From assembly GCF_009914755.1 (NCBI RefSeq), contig NC_060928.1: a stretch of DNA of 64,000 nucleotides; one strand, given 5' to 3'. The notes beneath the pieces were generated by a model. The model ran no database searches. It was not told the DNA's origin and saw nothing but the letters and a program-made list of their open reading frames with translations. The stretch is from the human T2T-CHM13v2.0 reference genome, Homo sapiens. The stretch's first letter is position 1. Every line of letters starts with the position of its first letter. Shown piece after piece: positions 42,984 through 57,050 of the stretch. The position numbers and the translations under genes were made by a program.

Positions 42984-45900
42984 GGCACAACAGAGTTTTC
43001 TGGTGAATTAGGTATCCAGAGTGAAAGAAAAGGTTATTCAATGTTAATTTCAAAGATTTTAGCTCAATAAAATGGGAATTTTTTATAATTCTTTGTCTAA
43101 AAATACTTGAGAAATTATTTATAAAAATCCACACAAACACATATACATATATAATAAAAATGCATATTAAAAGCAACATACTGCACATTATTTTTTTACC
43201 TAAGTCATATCTTGTCTTTCTTGAAACGTGATAATTGTGTCTTACAGATATAGTTCTAGATTCTTCAGTAGAAACCAATAAGTATTGTTAAATCAAGTTT
43301 AGCCTAAAGCTGCGTACTCATATATTTTATGTTTGGCCTAAAGGTTTCTCTGTACATCATGAACTATAGCCTAAGGACTATAGTCTATTCTTGGGCCAAT
43401 CACCAAGGTTTGGGCAATCAAAGGTGGCCAACTATTCAAACCTTCTTCAAATAAGGCAAACACCAAGCTATAACCAATCCAGCTGATTCTGTGCCTCATT
43501 GCCACTTTCTGTTTGGCACTTTCCTTTTTCTGTCCATAAATCTTCCACCATGTGGCTGTACTGGAGTCTCTGAGATGACTCTAGCTCATTATTAATGAAT
43601 TTTTGAATTATTCTTTGCTCAACTAAACTCATTTAAATTTAATTTGGCTATTTTTTTTTAAAGATGGCATTAGAAATGAGATCTGAAGTAGAGCTTCCAG
43701 CGACCCCCAGGAGCGCTGAGGGACCAAGTCAGGTACCTGCTGGACCCATTGTGCCCATTGCTCTCTAGGAGCAGCTAGGGACTGTGGTAAGTTCTCTCTA
43801 AGATTCTGAAGCTCCACAGATTTGGGTTTTGAGCTTTCTGAACATTTCTGATCCAAACTGGGTTTGGAAGCCATGACCAAAACTGGACTAGGTACAGGAT
43901 TGGATTGGATCTGATAATTTACTGGCTTGGATTCAATTAGAGGCCTCTTAACATCTGACTGGGTGAGAAAGAACCAGTAATAAATGGCAATATTGCAAAG
44001 GGTGTAAAATTTGGCTTTTGGAAATTTGCAAGGATTTTTGAATTCTACCCCCTTTGTTTCATTTTTCTTGAAGACTTAGGTATAGAAAACAAATCATTGG
44101 CTAAATTGATCAAGGGAACCTAAGAGCCAAAGCCAACATGTGAAGTAAAATGGGATCCTTAATTTGTGAAGAACTGAGCTCCTTCTGGTTTATACATGCA
44201 TAAATATTAGGCTCTGGAAGCAGCAAAGTCTTACAGAAATTGCAAAATCTTACTAAAGATTAGAGTTAGAGTAGAACATTCTAAATTAAAAACACTGAAG
44301 AAGCTTCTAAAAATATTTCAATATTTTTATTTGCATTCTTTATGAAAGGCAAGTAAAAAGCTTAAGTGACTAACTGATTAAAAGAAAATTAAATCTGCTA
44401 ACCTTTTGGCTTAGTTACTATCCCATCCAAAAAGTGGAAAGTTATCTTAGATAAGATGTTTATAAAAGATAGGCTCTCAGGTAAAAGAGGCTTGCTTGTT
44501 TTTCAGATCTATCCATGCTGAGTCTCGGCATACAATGCTTTCTTGCCCGTTCCTTAATGGGCTCCTCCCATTACCCTGAATTTAGCAATTTTACCTTAGA
44601 AACAGTAGCTAAGTTAAAAAGAACACTCTATTGAACTAAAATGCACCTTTCTGAAATTCAATTGGCTATATTGACCATCTTTTGTAAAAAAAAAAATCAC
44701 ATATAAAGGGAATCTCCATTTTTAAGGATATCCACCTATGTACATTAGAAATGCTTATTGTTCTTTTAAACTTACATAATAAGTCATACCTCTTGTTTAA
44801 GGTGCTTTTCTGGCCATCTTGTCTTAAGTGAACTTTTATTTCAGCAGTTTTTTCCCCCTTGGTTTGAGCAAATGATGAAAGAATAAGGATATAATATTTA
44901 GACCTAATATTTTAGTTCTGTGCTCATGAAATATATATATTTTTTGTTCTACCTAAGAGTTGTTCCTTTAGGAAATGCAAATTGCCTAGTTAACAATTGC
45001 TTGGGGCAATGAAACCAGTAATTGGAAGATTGATAAACTGCAAGGGGAAAAGAAAAACTATTTAGAAGGCAGCAAATGAAAATCCTTTATGAGAGCTATC
45101 AGATCTGCTTCTGTGTGTTTGTTTGTCTATATGTGTGTGTACGTGATATTTGGTAAACAAAGCTAGTTTAGAAATTGCTGGTAAAATAGAAATGGTTTCA
45201 AAATTATCAGTTAAATATAATTAGACACACGTTTGAATTGTCTGAGATTATATCTTTTATTTAGACTATCTGGATTCAAGGTTCTAGATCAGTGATCATG
45301 ATGAGGTCTGGAGACATGTTTTTAGTGCCTAGACCAAAGACTACAAGCCAGAATCAAGCTCAATATGGCCTCTTCTTCCTCTGCCTTCCCTGTTTTGCCT
45401 CCTGGCTATTTTGGGAGCAGTTAGGTCCTCCGGGTGGAGTCTTCAAAGTTCTGTCTTCTGCCCTGATGCAGTGAGAAAGACCCTGACCTTTCACAGTCCT
45501 CCTGGGTGCTGCGTGGCTATTTGTGACCTAGGATTACTAGGAAAAGATATTAAGGAAGCTACGTGGGTCATGGTTTCAAAATTATTTTTAGCAATTCAAA
45601 ATCTTAGAATCATGTTATGTTAAATAAAGTAATAAGTAATCATGAAATGTCCAAGTCATCTACAGTTAAGATACTAAGATATTAATTATTAAACATGAGT
45701 TTGTCTCTATATCTTAACAAGTTATTTTCATATGGTACAGAAAAGCCAAATATATTTAGACCTGTTAACAAATAATTTAAAAGACTACTTTTCTAAAAAT
45801 TATAAAACGGTTTTGTCTACAAATACTGACATATATACTTCAAAATCACTTTCTAGGCTTTTCACTAGAAATTAGGGTTACAAAGAGTTGAAAACTACTG

Positions 45901-46489
45901 AAGTTGAGAGAAACAATTCTGTATACAGGGTGTATAAAACTGCTAACCTGAGCAGAACAAAAATTAATTGAATACTGAGAGGATACTTTGCCAGATTTTC
46001 ATGCTAAATCAGCCAATATTGAAATTTTTTAGATTTACAATTTAAATGAACTCTATGGTCTATGTCAAACTACCTATCATAACCCATCAGCTATCAACGC
46101 TCTGCCTCTAAATTGGAGAAACAATTGGTATTCAAGAGGACATTAGTCTAACATTAAGCGGGGATTCATGGAGAACCAGGAAGGCCGCCTTGTCCTTCCT
46201 GAGTCCTTAAAGCTTTTGTTATTAAAAGTTATCCAAATTAAGTATATATATTCTTGTGGTGCTTCTAAATTGCTAAAATAGTTTATGGCTAATGTTTGCT
46301 TTGTCAAACTCATATTCTTGGGAAGACAATAAGAATTTCAGGTAAATTCTGCTAGCTGATGGGCCATTTAAACATTTATGGGGGATTTCATTCAATTGTC
46401 ATTTTCAATGAATGTTTTCTGGTTTATAAATCTTCCCCATGCGAGAGGGTTGATATTATTCAAGTAGCTCATTATGCCATAGTGTATTT

Positions 46490-46735
46490 TCGCCAGGTAA
46501 AGAAAGCTTTTCATGATTTACTGACTGAGGACAAGCAGCCGCTTGATAGTCTAGAACTGGAAGATTGGATCTTCCGAGAACATCAGAGAAAGACTGCCTT
46601 GCCATCCACACTGCAGCAAAACTTCAAGTTTGAACTTTGGGTTCATAATCTCACAAATCAGAAGGGTTCCTCTACACTCTTGGAACTGTGCACCCATAAG
46701 GAACCTTAAGATAAAGCTAACCAGGGAACTTTATC
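46490..46735 (+). pseudogene. pol: Integrase C-terminal remnant of the MER57 provirus
   Basis: LEDWIFREHQRKTAL, ELWVH and SWNCAPIRNLKIKLTRE in ORFs 46359-46709 and 46630-46947. Confidence 0.55.
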
Positions 46736-47064
46736 CCCAAAAAGAGATAGCATCCTTGATGTGGACAGCTTTTTTATCCAAAATCACAGATCAAAACTTC
46801 TCTACTATCAGGAGACTCTTATCTTTGATTTTTTACCTTGTTTATGCCTCTATGAACAATAGAGGTGAAAAGGTTGTCTGCTGTGTGCACTCATGGAATA
46901 TACTTTTATTTTTAAAGGGTTTTGAAGCCAGCCTTATACATGGATAAGGATGCCTTGATAGATGGAAGATAAAGGCCCAACATAGGTGAGAAATTTTAAT
47001 GGTGTATATGTTGCCTCATAATCAGTCAGAAACAGAACATTGGTTCACTCCTCTTAACATACAT

Positions 47065-47648
47065 CATGGGTTAAAGAGAATATAGTCAGAAGATCTAAGC
47101 TCTTCTAGAAGAACATAATGTGTTAGGTCCTTTTGTTCATTGTTTGGAGTAAATAAAGCAATAATTAGAAATTTATCCCTCATAATAGGCTCTATTGCAG
47201 ATTCTACTATAAAGACTATTGTTAGACAAAAGACTTAAATTTCTTTTGGAAGTTAGGTGAAATAATATAATTGCTCTACATTACTTACTGGCTAAACAGA
47301 GAAGTATCTGTGCAGCAACTGGTACTTGCTGCCCATGGAGAAATACATCACATCAGGTATTAGAGATATTCAGTTTTAGGGAATTAACAAAGAGACTTCT
47401 TAAGGTGAGTAGACTCTTCATCTAGCTCATTCTTTGATCTATTTTATTTTAGTTGGTTTTGTTTGTGGGGACCCTGGCTAAGCAGCATACTCCAAACTCT
47501 TGGTATTATCTTCCTGATAGTTATAATAGTAACCTCCCTATTGCACTGTATTCTTTTAAAAGTTTTAAATTTTGGCATGCAGCCATCTCTAGAATTGTCC
47601 AATGGTCTCTTTTCAACTGGAATGAGAAGAGCTGAAAGAAATGTGTGA
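47065..47648 (+). pseudogene. env: env TM remnant of the MER57 provirus
   Basis: Reading from 47261 gives NNIIALHYLLAKQRSICAATGTCCPW (ISD-like plus C..CC motif); hydrophobic anchor LGIIFLIVIIVTSLLHCIL in ORF 47463-47648. Confidence 0.7.
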
Positions 47649-48464
47649 TCATGAGGACACCACCTATGAATGACGTGCTGAGATTGGAAACCCAAAATCA
47701 TGGTAACTAAGAGTGGCACTAAAGCCCTAAGATTTGGTTATGCTTTCACCTAAGTGAGAGCCTGGCCAAAACAGGGAAATTTTTAAATAAAGTTATGAGA
47801 GGTCATTGTTTTAGGACTGAACTCATGCACTAGGCCCCAGCAAACCAGAGCAAATTAAAATGGAGTCAGTTGTGCTGAATGTGACATAATCAAACTAAGA
47901 CATTAAGGAAACACATAGATCCTAGACCAGATCAGATTTGTTTTTTCTCCTGTAAGCAGGACGTTCCTGCATAAGGAAGTACTCTCTGCTCTAACTCTTA
48001 CAAAAAGAAATAATAATAATAACCTGAAGTCATTGTTCCCACATTACAAAAAAACACTATTCTGCTACTTCCCAATGGATTTCAAGACCAAATGAGTGCA
48101 TTTACAATGGTGATAGTGACATCAATGACTAAAGTTTTGGTCACTCTCTCAAAATTGAGAGGATGACCAAACTGCAGGAATTGTTAAATCAAGTTTAGCC
48201 TAAAGCTATCTCCTCACATATTATAACTTTAGCCTAAAGGTTTTTCTTTACATAGTGAGATATAATCCGAACAGAGTTCTATACAGACTGTAGTCTACTT
48301 TTGTGCCAATCACCAAGTTTTGGCCAATCAAAAATGTCCAACTTTTCAAACCATGTTCAAATAAGGCAAACACCAAGCACACCAAGCTATAACCAATCTG
48401 GCTGTTTATGTACCTCACTTCCATTTTTTGTACAGTGTTTTCCTTTTTTGTCCATAAATCTTCT

Positions 48465-48666
48465 TTGAGTGTCTGTTCATGTCCTTTGCCTACTTTTCAA
48501 TGGAGTTTTTTTTTTCATGTACATTTGTAAGTTCCTTATAGATGCTGGATATTTGATCTTTGTAAGCTGTGTAGTTTGCAAAAATTTCCTCCCATTCTGT
48601 AGGTTTTCTGTTTACTCTGTTGATAGTTTATTTTACTGTGCAGAGCTCTTTAGTTTAGATCCCATT
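48465..48666 (-). mobile_element. Internal L1PA-type ORF2 fragment without poly-A
   Basis: GTGTCTGTTCATGTCCTTTGCC...CTCTTTAGTTTAGATCCCATT. Confidence 0.85.
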
Positions 48667-50861
48667 GCATTTGATAAAATTCAATATCCCTTCTTGGTAA
48701 ACACTTCAAAAAAAAAGGGTATAGAAGGAACATACCTCAATACAACAAAAGCCATATATGATAGACCCACAGTGGAAAATAACTCAAAACCTTTCCTCTG
48801 AAATCCAAAACAAGACAGGGATGAACACTTTTACCACTACTATTTAACATAGTACCGGAAGTTCTAGTTACAGCAATTAGAAAAGATAAGCAAATAAAAG
48901 GAATCCAAATTGGAAATGAATAAATAAAATTATCCTTGTTTGAAGATGATATTATATTTGGAAAAACCTAAAAACTCCACCAAAAAACTAATAGAATTGA
49001 TAAATTTGGTAAAGTTGCAGGATACAAAAGCAACATACAAAAATTAGTAGCAATTTTATATGTCAGCAGTGAACAATCTGAAAAAGAATTCAAGGACATA
49101 ATCCCATTTTAAACAGCGACAAGTGAAATAAAATATCTGGGAATAAACTTAACCAACAAAGTGAAAGATTTCTATGAAATATATAAACAATGAAAACTAT
49201 AAAATATGGAATCAAGAAATTGGAGAAGACACAAGAAAATAAAATATATTTTATATTCATATATTGGAAGAGTCAATATTGTTAAGATGTCCATAGCCAT
49301 CTACAGACTCAATACCATTTCGATCAAAATGCCAATGATATTTTTCACAGAAATAGAAAAAAACAATTTTAAAATTTGTATGGAACCAGCAAAGACCCTG
49401 AATAGCCAAAGCTATCCTAAACAAAAGGAACAAAACTGGAGGAATCTTATTACTTAACTTCAAATTATACTACAGAGCTATAGTAGCCAAAACAGCATGG
49501 TGCTGGCATAAAAACAGACACATAGAACAGTAACAGCATAGAAAACTCAAAAGTAAATCCATATGTCTATAATAGACTCATTTTGACTAAGGTGCCTAGA
49601 ACTTACATTGGGGAAAGGACAGTTTGTAAATTGTACTGTTCAGTACATTGTACTGGGAAAACTGAATATTCCTATGCAGAATAATGAAACTAGACTTCTA
49701 TCCCTCATCATTAACAAAGATCATATCAAAATTGAATAAAGAATTAAATATAAAACCTCAAACTATATAACTACTATAGGAAATTATTTGGGAAACTCTG
49801 TAGAACATTGATCTGGGTAAATATTTCTTGAGTAATACACCACAAGCACAAGGCAACTAAAGCAAAAAAATGGACAGATGGGATCACATCAATCTAAATT
49901 GTTTCTGCACAGCAAAGGAAACAACCAACGAAGTGAAGAGACAATGCACAGAATGAGAGAAATATTTGCAAACTATCCATCTGACAATGGATTGATAACA
50001 AGGATATATAAAGCTCTCAACTCAATAGAAAAGAACATCTAATGATCCAATTAAAAATGGGCAAAAGTTCTGAATAGAAATTTCTGAAAGGAAGACATAC
50101 AAATGGCAATCAGGTATATGAAAAGATGTTCAGCATCATTTATCATCAACAAAACTCAAGTCAAAGATACAATGACATATCATCTCACTCCAATTAAAAT
50201 GGCTTATATCCACAAGACAGGCAATAACAAATTCTGGTGACTATGTGAAGAAAAGAGAACCTATGTACATTGTTGGTGGGCATATAAATTAATACAATCA
50301 CTATGGAGAACTGTTTCCAAATCTGGCAAAGTATCTTCTCAGTATTCAATTAATTTTTGTTCTGCTCAGGATAGCAGTTTCTCAAAAAACTCAAAATAGA
50401 GCTACCATATGATCCAGCAATCCTATTGATACATTCAAGGCTGCAGTGAGCTATGATCATGCCTCTTGCATTATAGCCTGGGTGACAGAGCAAGACCCTG
50501 TCTCTAAATAAATAAAATAATAAAAATGATACGTATATACCCAAAAGAAAGGTAATCAGTATTTCAAAGAGATATCTGCACTCCCATGTTTATTGCAGCA
50601 CAATGCACATAGCTAAGATTTGAAAGCAACCGAAGTGTCCATCACAGATTAATGGATAAAGAGAATGTGGTACATATGCATGATGGAGTACTCTTCAGCC
50701 ATAAAAAGGAATGAGATCCAGTCATTTGTAACAACATGGAAAAAAACTGGATATCATTATGTTAAGTAAAATAAGTCAGGTACAGAAAGATAAGCTTCAC
50801 ATGTTCTCACTCATTTGTGGGAACTAAAAATTAAAGCAATTGAACTCATCAAGATAGAGAG
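48667..50861 (+). mobile_element. L1MA/L1PB-type ORF2 3' half, lacking the distal 3' UTR
   Basis: GCATTTGATAAAATTCAA...CATGTTCTCACTCATTTGTGGG; ORF 49206-49457 matches ORF2p. Confidence 0.88.
50434..50526 (+). mobile_element. Severely 5'-truncated AluJ-like fragment inside L1
   Basis: GGCTGCAGTGAGCTATGATC...GACCCTGTCTC plus A-rich tail; flanked by TGATAC repeats. Confidence 0.85.
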
Positions 50862-51539
50862 GTATCTGCCGTAAAATCTTTATCTAATGTGGTGCCTGCC
50901 ATAGAGTAAATATTTAATAAACATCTGTGAATTAATGGATGGGTAAATTAGTTAATTAAACAATACTATGAGATTTATATCACCATGTTTACTTCAGTAA
51001 TGAGGTAAGTTTTTGTTCATGTTTATATCTCTTAAGTGACAGAGAACCCACATCTAAAACTAGTATTATAAAACCTAAACTCCAATATCTTTTATTCTAA
51101 ATATGATGCTTCATCATCCCTCATCTCATAGATATGGCAAGATATTGTCAAAGGTGACCATATAATTTAGTTAAAGGTAATAACAGCAGCAATTTTTTCA
51201 GTCTCACCATGTGTCAGTTATTCAAATCGCCTTGCATGGACAACTAATTTGAAAATGATGTCAAGTTCAATCTAACTGTTACACTGAGTTAAATGTAGAA
51301 AGGATCATATGGAACACTTGTTCATCTAACCAGGGTAGTCAACATAGGCACTTATAAAATACGGTAAATTTGAATAACAGATGGTAGTGTTTATGAGAAA
51401 GATACCCTCTCAAAGCAAAATAACTTTCTCTTCTGATTACCTTAAAAAAAGCCCATCTAAAGAACCCATAATCAAAACATTTGGATAGTCAGTAATTGAC
51501 AGAGCACAGTAGAGGAACTGGTCAAATTAGAAGTATTGA

Positions 51540-52790
51540 CTCTAGCATTTGACTCCAGCTGGTTTTCTAGGAGAAAGCACTCAGAGATAAAAGCCACCCT
51601 TCAGCACAGAGGAGGAGCAGGACTCAAAACAGAAGGAAGAGATGCAACAAGCCCATTATATGAGGTAATGCAGAAATAGAAAACTTCACACAAAACAAAA
51701 ACAAAACACCTTTGCACATAATAGCAATTAACAATTTTAAAAATTAAGAAGCGACAATAAATGAAAGACATTTGTTATGAAATTTACAAATACCCAATGT
51801 AAATAACCAAAAATCTATACAAATTGGCACCCAATAGAAGAAATCTCCATGTCTACAGACATGGAAATACGACAAGGTGAATACACAAAAGAATTTTCAG
51901 CTTTAATGATAATCAGCTATCAACGAGAAAGTGAAAGAAACTTATACACAATTTTAGGCATGTTGAATGAGTAAATATTTAAATAAACAGTATAACTCAA
52001 TGTTACAATGTTCATGGTGATTAGTGGTCTTCAGAGCTTCAGTATTATTACAGTCTTTCACAAAAGTACTGTGGCAATAAGGTATCAAGAATTGTGAGTG
52101 AGAATCTGCCCAGTAATTACACAAATGAAAATGTAGTTTATATAAGTAATTCCAGAAATGGATGATAATTTACATTCAATGATTTAATTTGAATCCAATT
52201 ACACTGCCAGAGTTTTGCATTTCAAGCTTCCAGAAATTAATATACATATATAGAGAGAGAGAGAGAGAAGAAATGAGGAGCTAGAATCATAGAAATTCAA
52301 CACCAACACTGAAAGTTAGTACCTTAATATCAAAGTTTTAAATAATCTAAATGAAAGTGATTTTCATCCTAGAAGCCCCTATTAAGCCAGAGCATCAATC
52401 AAGTATGAAGGTAAATAAAGGAATTTAAAGATACTCAAATTCTAAAAATACTTGCTCCCAGACACACATTTGCAAAATGAAAGTAGAGAAGAGAGTGATA
52501 GATAATCAAAAGAATATTTCCCTAGAATATAGTGAAAAGAGTTCTAGAAATGTGGCTTTACAATATGATTAAAGTGCATTCCAGATTGGATCGGAGATAT
52601 GGATGCTCTAAAAGGGAGCTAAATATAAAACAGATCTTTTGCCCTCCTGTGTTTTACTGTATCGAGAAGTGTTTTAGAAACCACTGGAAAATTGTATACT
52701 AAATTACTGAGTGCATAGAAAGTTAAGAGGAAATACATAAAGCAATATTATCTTCAGAGAAATTAAAGTTGTATAATAAAATAAATTTAA
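51540..52790 (+). mobile_element. HAL1/L1M ORF1-like decayed remnant
   Basis: GATTTTCATCCTAGAA...ATCAATCAAGTATGAAGGTAAAATAAAG resembles the ORF1 C-terminal region. Confidence 0.5.
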
Positions 52791-52799
52791 TAATATCTC

Positions 52800-53567
<768 letters not shown>

Positions 53568-53714
53568 TATCCTTATTTATTCCATTTGTGAATATCACTT
53601 ATAACTATGATGTAATCACTGACATTATTTTGTTACAAGAAATACTGGAAAATGCGGGTGACTGACATCTGTGCGCATATATGCAGAGACTGAAAAATGT
53701 GCTCAGTCTTTTCA

Positions 53715-54715
53715 AATGTGGTTGGCAGAAGCTGGCTAGATCTTCAAGCATTTACTTTCTGGGAAATAGCTAAACAACAGTTGTATACTATTTTTATACG
53801 TACAAGTGGGCCCTTTGATTATTACTGTGTATCAGAGCATGGCCTGGAGTGATAAATAACATATATCAACCTTGTCCCTACAAATACTCCATGCTTTAAG
53901 GCCCTTTCTCTCACTTCCCTTCCCTCAATAACCAGCATTTATAGACAATCTAGCAACAGATTATAAGCTTTTGCTTAAGATCCTATCTCAGTAGAGAATC
54001 AATCTTGAGACCTGTTCAACCAGGATTATATGATTGGATTATGCGTGAGTATGATTATGTGTGTCTCCAGGTGGTATGCTGCAAGATTTTGGATGTTATG
54101 GGTTAAAGAATACATTATTGTTTGTTTGTTTTTGGTGGTGACAAGTATATATCAAGCAAGGGTCAACAAGAAGAGATGTGAGTTCCCCAACCCATATCAT
54201 TTTACAAAGAGGTGTGCTAGAGCTGAAGATGCCTCTCAGAAATAGAATGGTTTGGCAACCTGAATGATGTTTGGTAAGTGAAGGGTCTTTGTCTGTTCCC
54301 TCACTTTTTCCATTTTTTTTTGGTTTTTGCTCTAGCTTCTTTATGAAAAAGTATAGGAGCACAGCATTCATTTGGCATTACAAATAGACCATGTTAATCC
54401 AAGCTGTCTGGGTTAAGGTACCAGCTCCTATTGGGAGTTGAAGCTGTTATCCAGCTGCTTCATTTTGGGAAGACTTGGAGGCCTGTGGATTTTGCAGCCT
54501 GTTCTACCATGGAAAATTAGCCAGTGTTCCTTCCCCTAAGAAGTTGAATACTCTACAACAAGAAGAGTAAAGCCCCAAATCCCAGTTGGTTCTTTGTCTA
54601 ACCAATCAACAGTGAGCCCCAAGGATCATTTTTGGAAAATCCTGCTTAGCACAACACAGCAAATAATCTTTAAAATATTGTTAAGCCATTGAGATTTTGA
54701 GATTGCTTATTACAA
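53715..54715. mobile_element. Old ERVL/MaLR LTR fragments, family unresolved
   Basis: MLT1-like end TTGTTAAGCCATTGAGATTTTGAGATTGCTTATTAC and LTR-like sequence at 53760-54010. Confidence 0.35.
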
Positions 54716-55360
54716 GTTATATTTCCCTGAAAAAAATTAGAAATATTTAGATGATTTATCAAGATGAAAGATCAAAATGGAGCAGTGTCACTATGTTGTT
54801 TAAACTTACACTTAAAAAGAAAACAAGGAAAAAAAACACAGTAAAAATATTTGGGACCGGTTAATTCAGTAGAATGGGACAAACGTGCAGGGAGGTGAGA
54901 CTGTGGATTGCTGTGTTTATATAATAGGACTTACATAATTATTTGATCTTGAAAACCTTTTTTAACTTTTTTTTTAATAAAAAGCATTGCATATTAATGG
55001 TAATAAAAATATTTATCACTTTTTTTATAAAATGTAAAACCTGCAGTCAACCGTCTAAGCACAGAATGATTATATAACTTCTGAATATCCAAATAATGGA
55101 GTATTACACAACTAAAAATCATAATAATGTCCAATTTATATAATAATAGGAAAAGTAATCAAATTATAAAGTAAAATTATGAATTAATCGGTATATGGAG
55201 AGCTTTACCAATTTATAAAAATATTGGCTTTATTAATAGAATATATCCTATGAAATTATACCAAAATATGATTTGAGGTCTTAGATTTATGATTATAAAT
55301 AGTTTCTCTTTATAAATTTATTTTGTAACTTTAAAAAGGTCTGCAATATTATCACCTGTT

Positions 55361-55362
55361 TA

Positions 55363-55395
<33 letters not shown>

Positions 55396-55400
55396 TTGTG
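55361..55400. repeat. (TG)n microsatellite
   Basis: Direct reading. Confidence 0.9.
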
Positions 55401-55719
55401 ATGTTAAAAAAATAGGGCTGATCTAAATCTTCTTCATAGAAGATTATTGGGTCAAAGGTTTAATGTATAGCTATTAATGTTATTGAAACTATGTATTTAT
55501 ATATATCCTCAACTATTTTTAAAAACTTTATTTGAAAGTGTTTTCCTTAAGGTCTAATTTTCCTATATGTATGCCTTTATAATCTTCTGTTTGTCTGGAA
55601 TTCACAGAATAATCCTCTTTATTTTACATGCCTAATACGTTCCTTGGTGTTGATGAGAAATCAATCCTGAATATTCTTCTCTTTTAATTCCATACATTCT
55701 CCTTAGTCACTTCCAAGAA

Positions 55720-57050
55720 ATCAGTATATGTCTACATGCTGATAATTCTCCAATATATATAAAAGCACAGTGTTATTTCCAACTGATTTACCAACAGACA
55801 TATCAAACTCAACACTTAACCTCCCTCGAACTTATTTCACACCCTCAATATTCCCTTTAAGTGAAAGGCACCATTATTCATACAGTTTCCCAAGTCAGAA
55901 AGATGGCTATTATATTCAAGCTTTCTGTATCTGACATAGTTTGCTGAGCATGTCATAACAAAGTAGCATGAACTGGGTAGCATAAACAAAAGCATTTATT
56001 GTCTCACAGCTCTAGAGGCTGGAAGTCCATGATGAAAGTAACACCAGATTTGGTTCCTTCTAGGAACTGTGAGGAAGAATCTTTTCAGTGTCTCTTTCTG
56101 ATTCTGGTGGTTTACTGGCAATCTTTGGCATTACTTGGCTTGTAGAAGCATCACCCCTGATCTATGGTGTCACATGGTGCTCCCCCTATGTGCAGGTATC
56201 TTTGTCCAAATATCTTCTTTTTATAAGGACACCAATCATACTGGATTAAGGCCCATCATAATAACTTTGTCTTAACTAACTACATCTGCAATGTCCCTAT
56301 AGCCAAACCAGGTTACATCCTGAGGTGTTGTTGGTTGGGATCTCAACATATGAACTTTAGGGGACTGCAATTAAATCCATAACAGTCTACTTCATTATTT
56401 TACCCAATTTATATCCAATAATTCACCAAATCCACCAAATACTTTGAATTCACTTACTTCTCTTCATCTCCAATGGCCCCACCTTAATCCAGAGCACTTT
56501 TGTCTAAATTATAACAGCACCCTAACTCATCTCTCTTCCTCTTTTAACTCTAGGCCATTATAAAATTAAAGTAGTACTATTACATTATCCTATTTTTTAA
56601 AAAAATTACTTCAAATTGTCTTCATGATAGATTTCAAAGTGTTTACTGTAATTTTGATGACTCTCCCACTTCCAAACTCTTTAGATAAATTCCAGCACCC
56701 AAAATCTATGTTCCAAATATGTGGAACTTATTTGTATTGATCACATATACTATGTTACATTGTCTCTCTGTCATGAAGTGTGTTATTTCTTTTCCTATAA
56801 ATGTTTATTTTTCTGTCACTTTTTACCTATGTAATGATGACTTATTTTTCAGCTCTAAATTTAGATATCACTTTCAGAAAGTTTTCTCAAGCTCCTTATG
56901 TTTTGATTAGATGCAACTTTTAGGAGTTTCCCTAGAACCATGAATTTTCTCTGCCTTAGCATGCATCAGATTTTATAGAAATTTAACAATCTTTTTCTCT
57001 CTTTTAAAAATCAGACTGTAAGTGCAATGAGAGTAAGGGTCTTATATTAT
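55720..57050 (+). mobile_element. L2 fragment interrupted by MLT1
   Basis: GACATATCAAACTCAACA, AAAGGCACCATTATTCA, AGACTGTAAGTGCAATGAGAGTAAGG. Confidence 0.65.
55927..56384 (-). mobile_element. MLT1C-like MaLR solo LTR
   Basis: TTTATTGTCTCACAGCTCTAGAGGCTGGAAGTCC; end AATTAAATCCATAACA. Confidence 0.85.

Larger units (their letters stand above)
43286..48464 (+). mobile_element. MER57-type (MER4 group ERV1) provirus, non-coding, 3' LTR truncated
   Basis: Direct-repeat LTRs starting TGTTAAATCAAGTTTAGCCTAAAGCT at 43286 and 48182; tRNA-Leu-like PBS TGGCATTAGAAATGAGAT at 43665-43682; integrase and env remnants between them. Confidence 0.88.

Noticed and set aside
48465-50861. Twin-priming inversion of a single L1
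   Set aside because: The antisense piece duplicates a region already inside the sense L1 and looks like a different subfamily.
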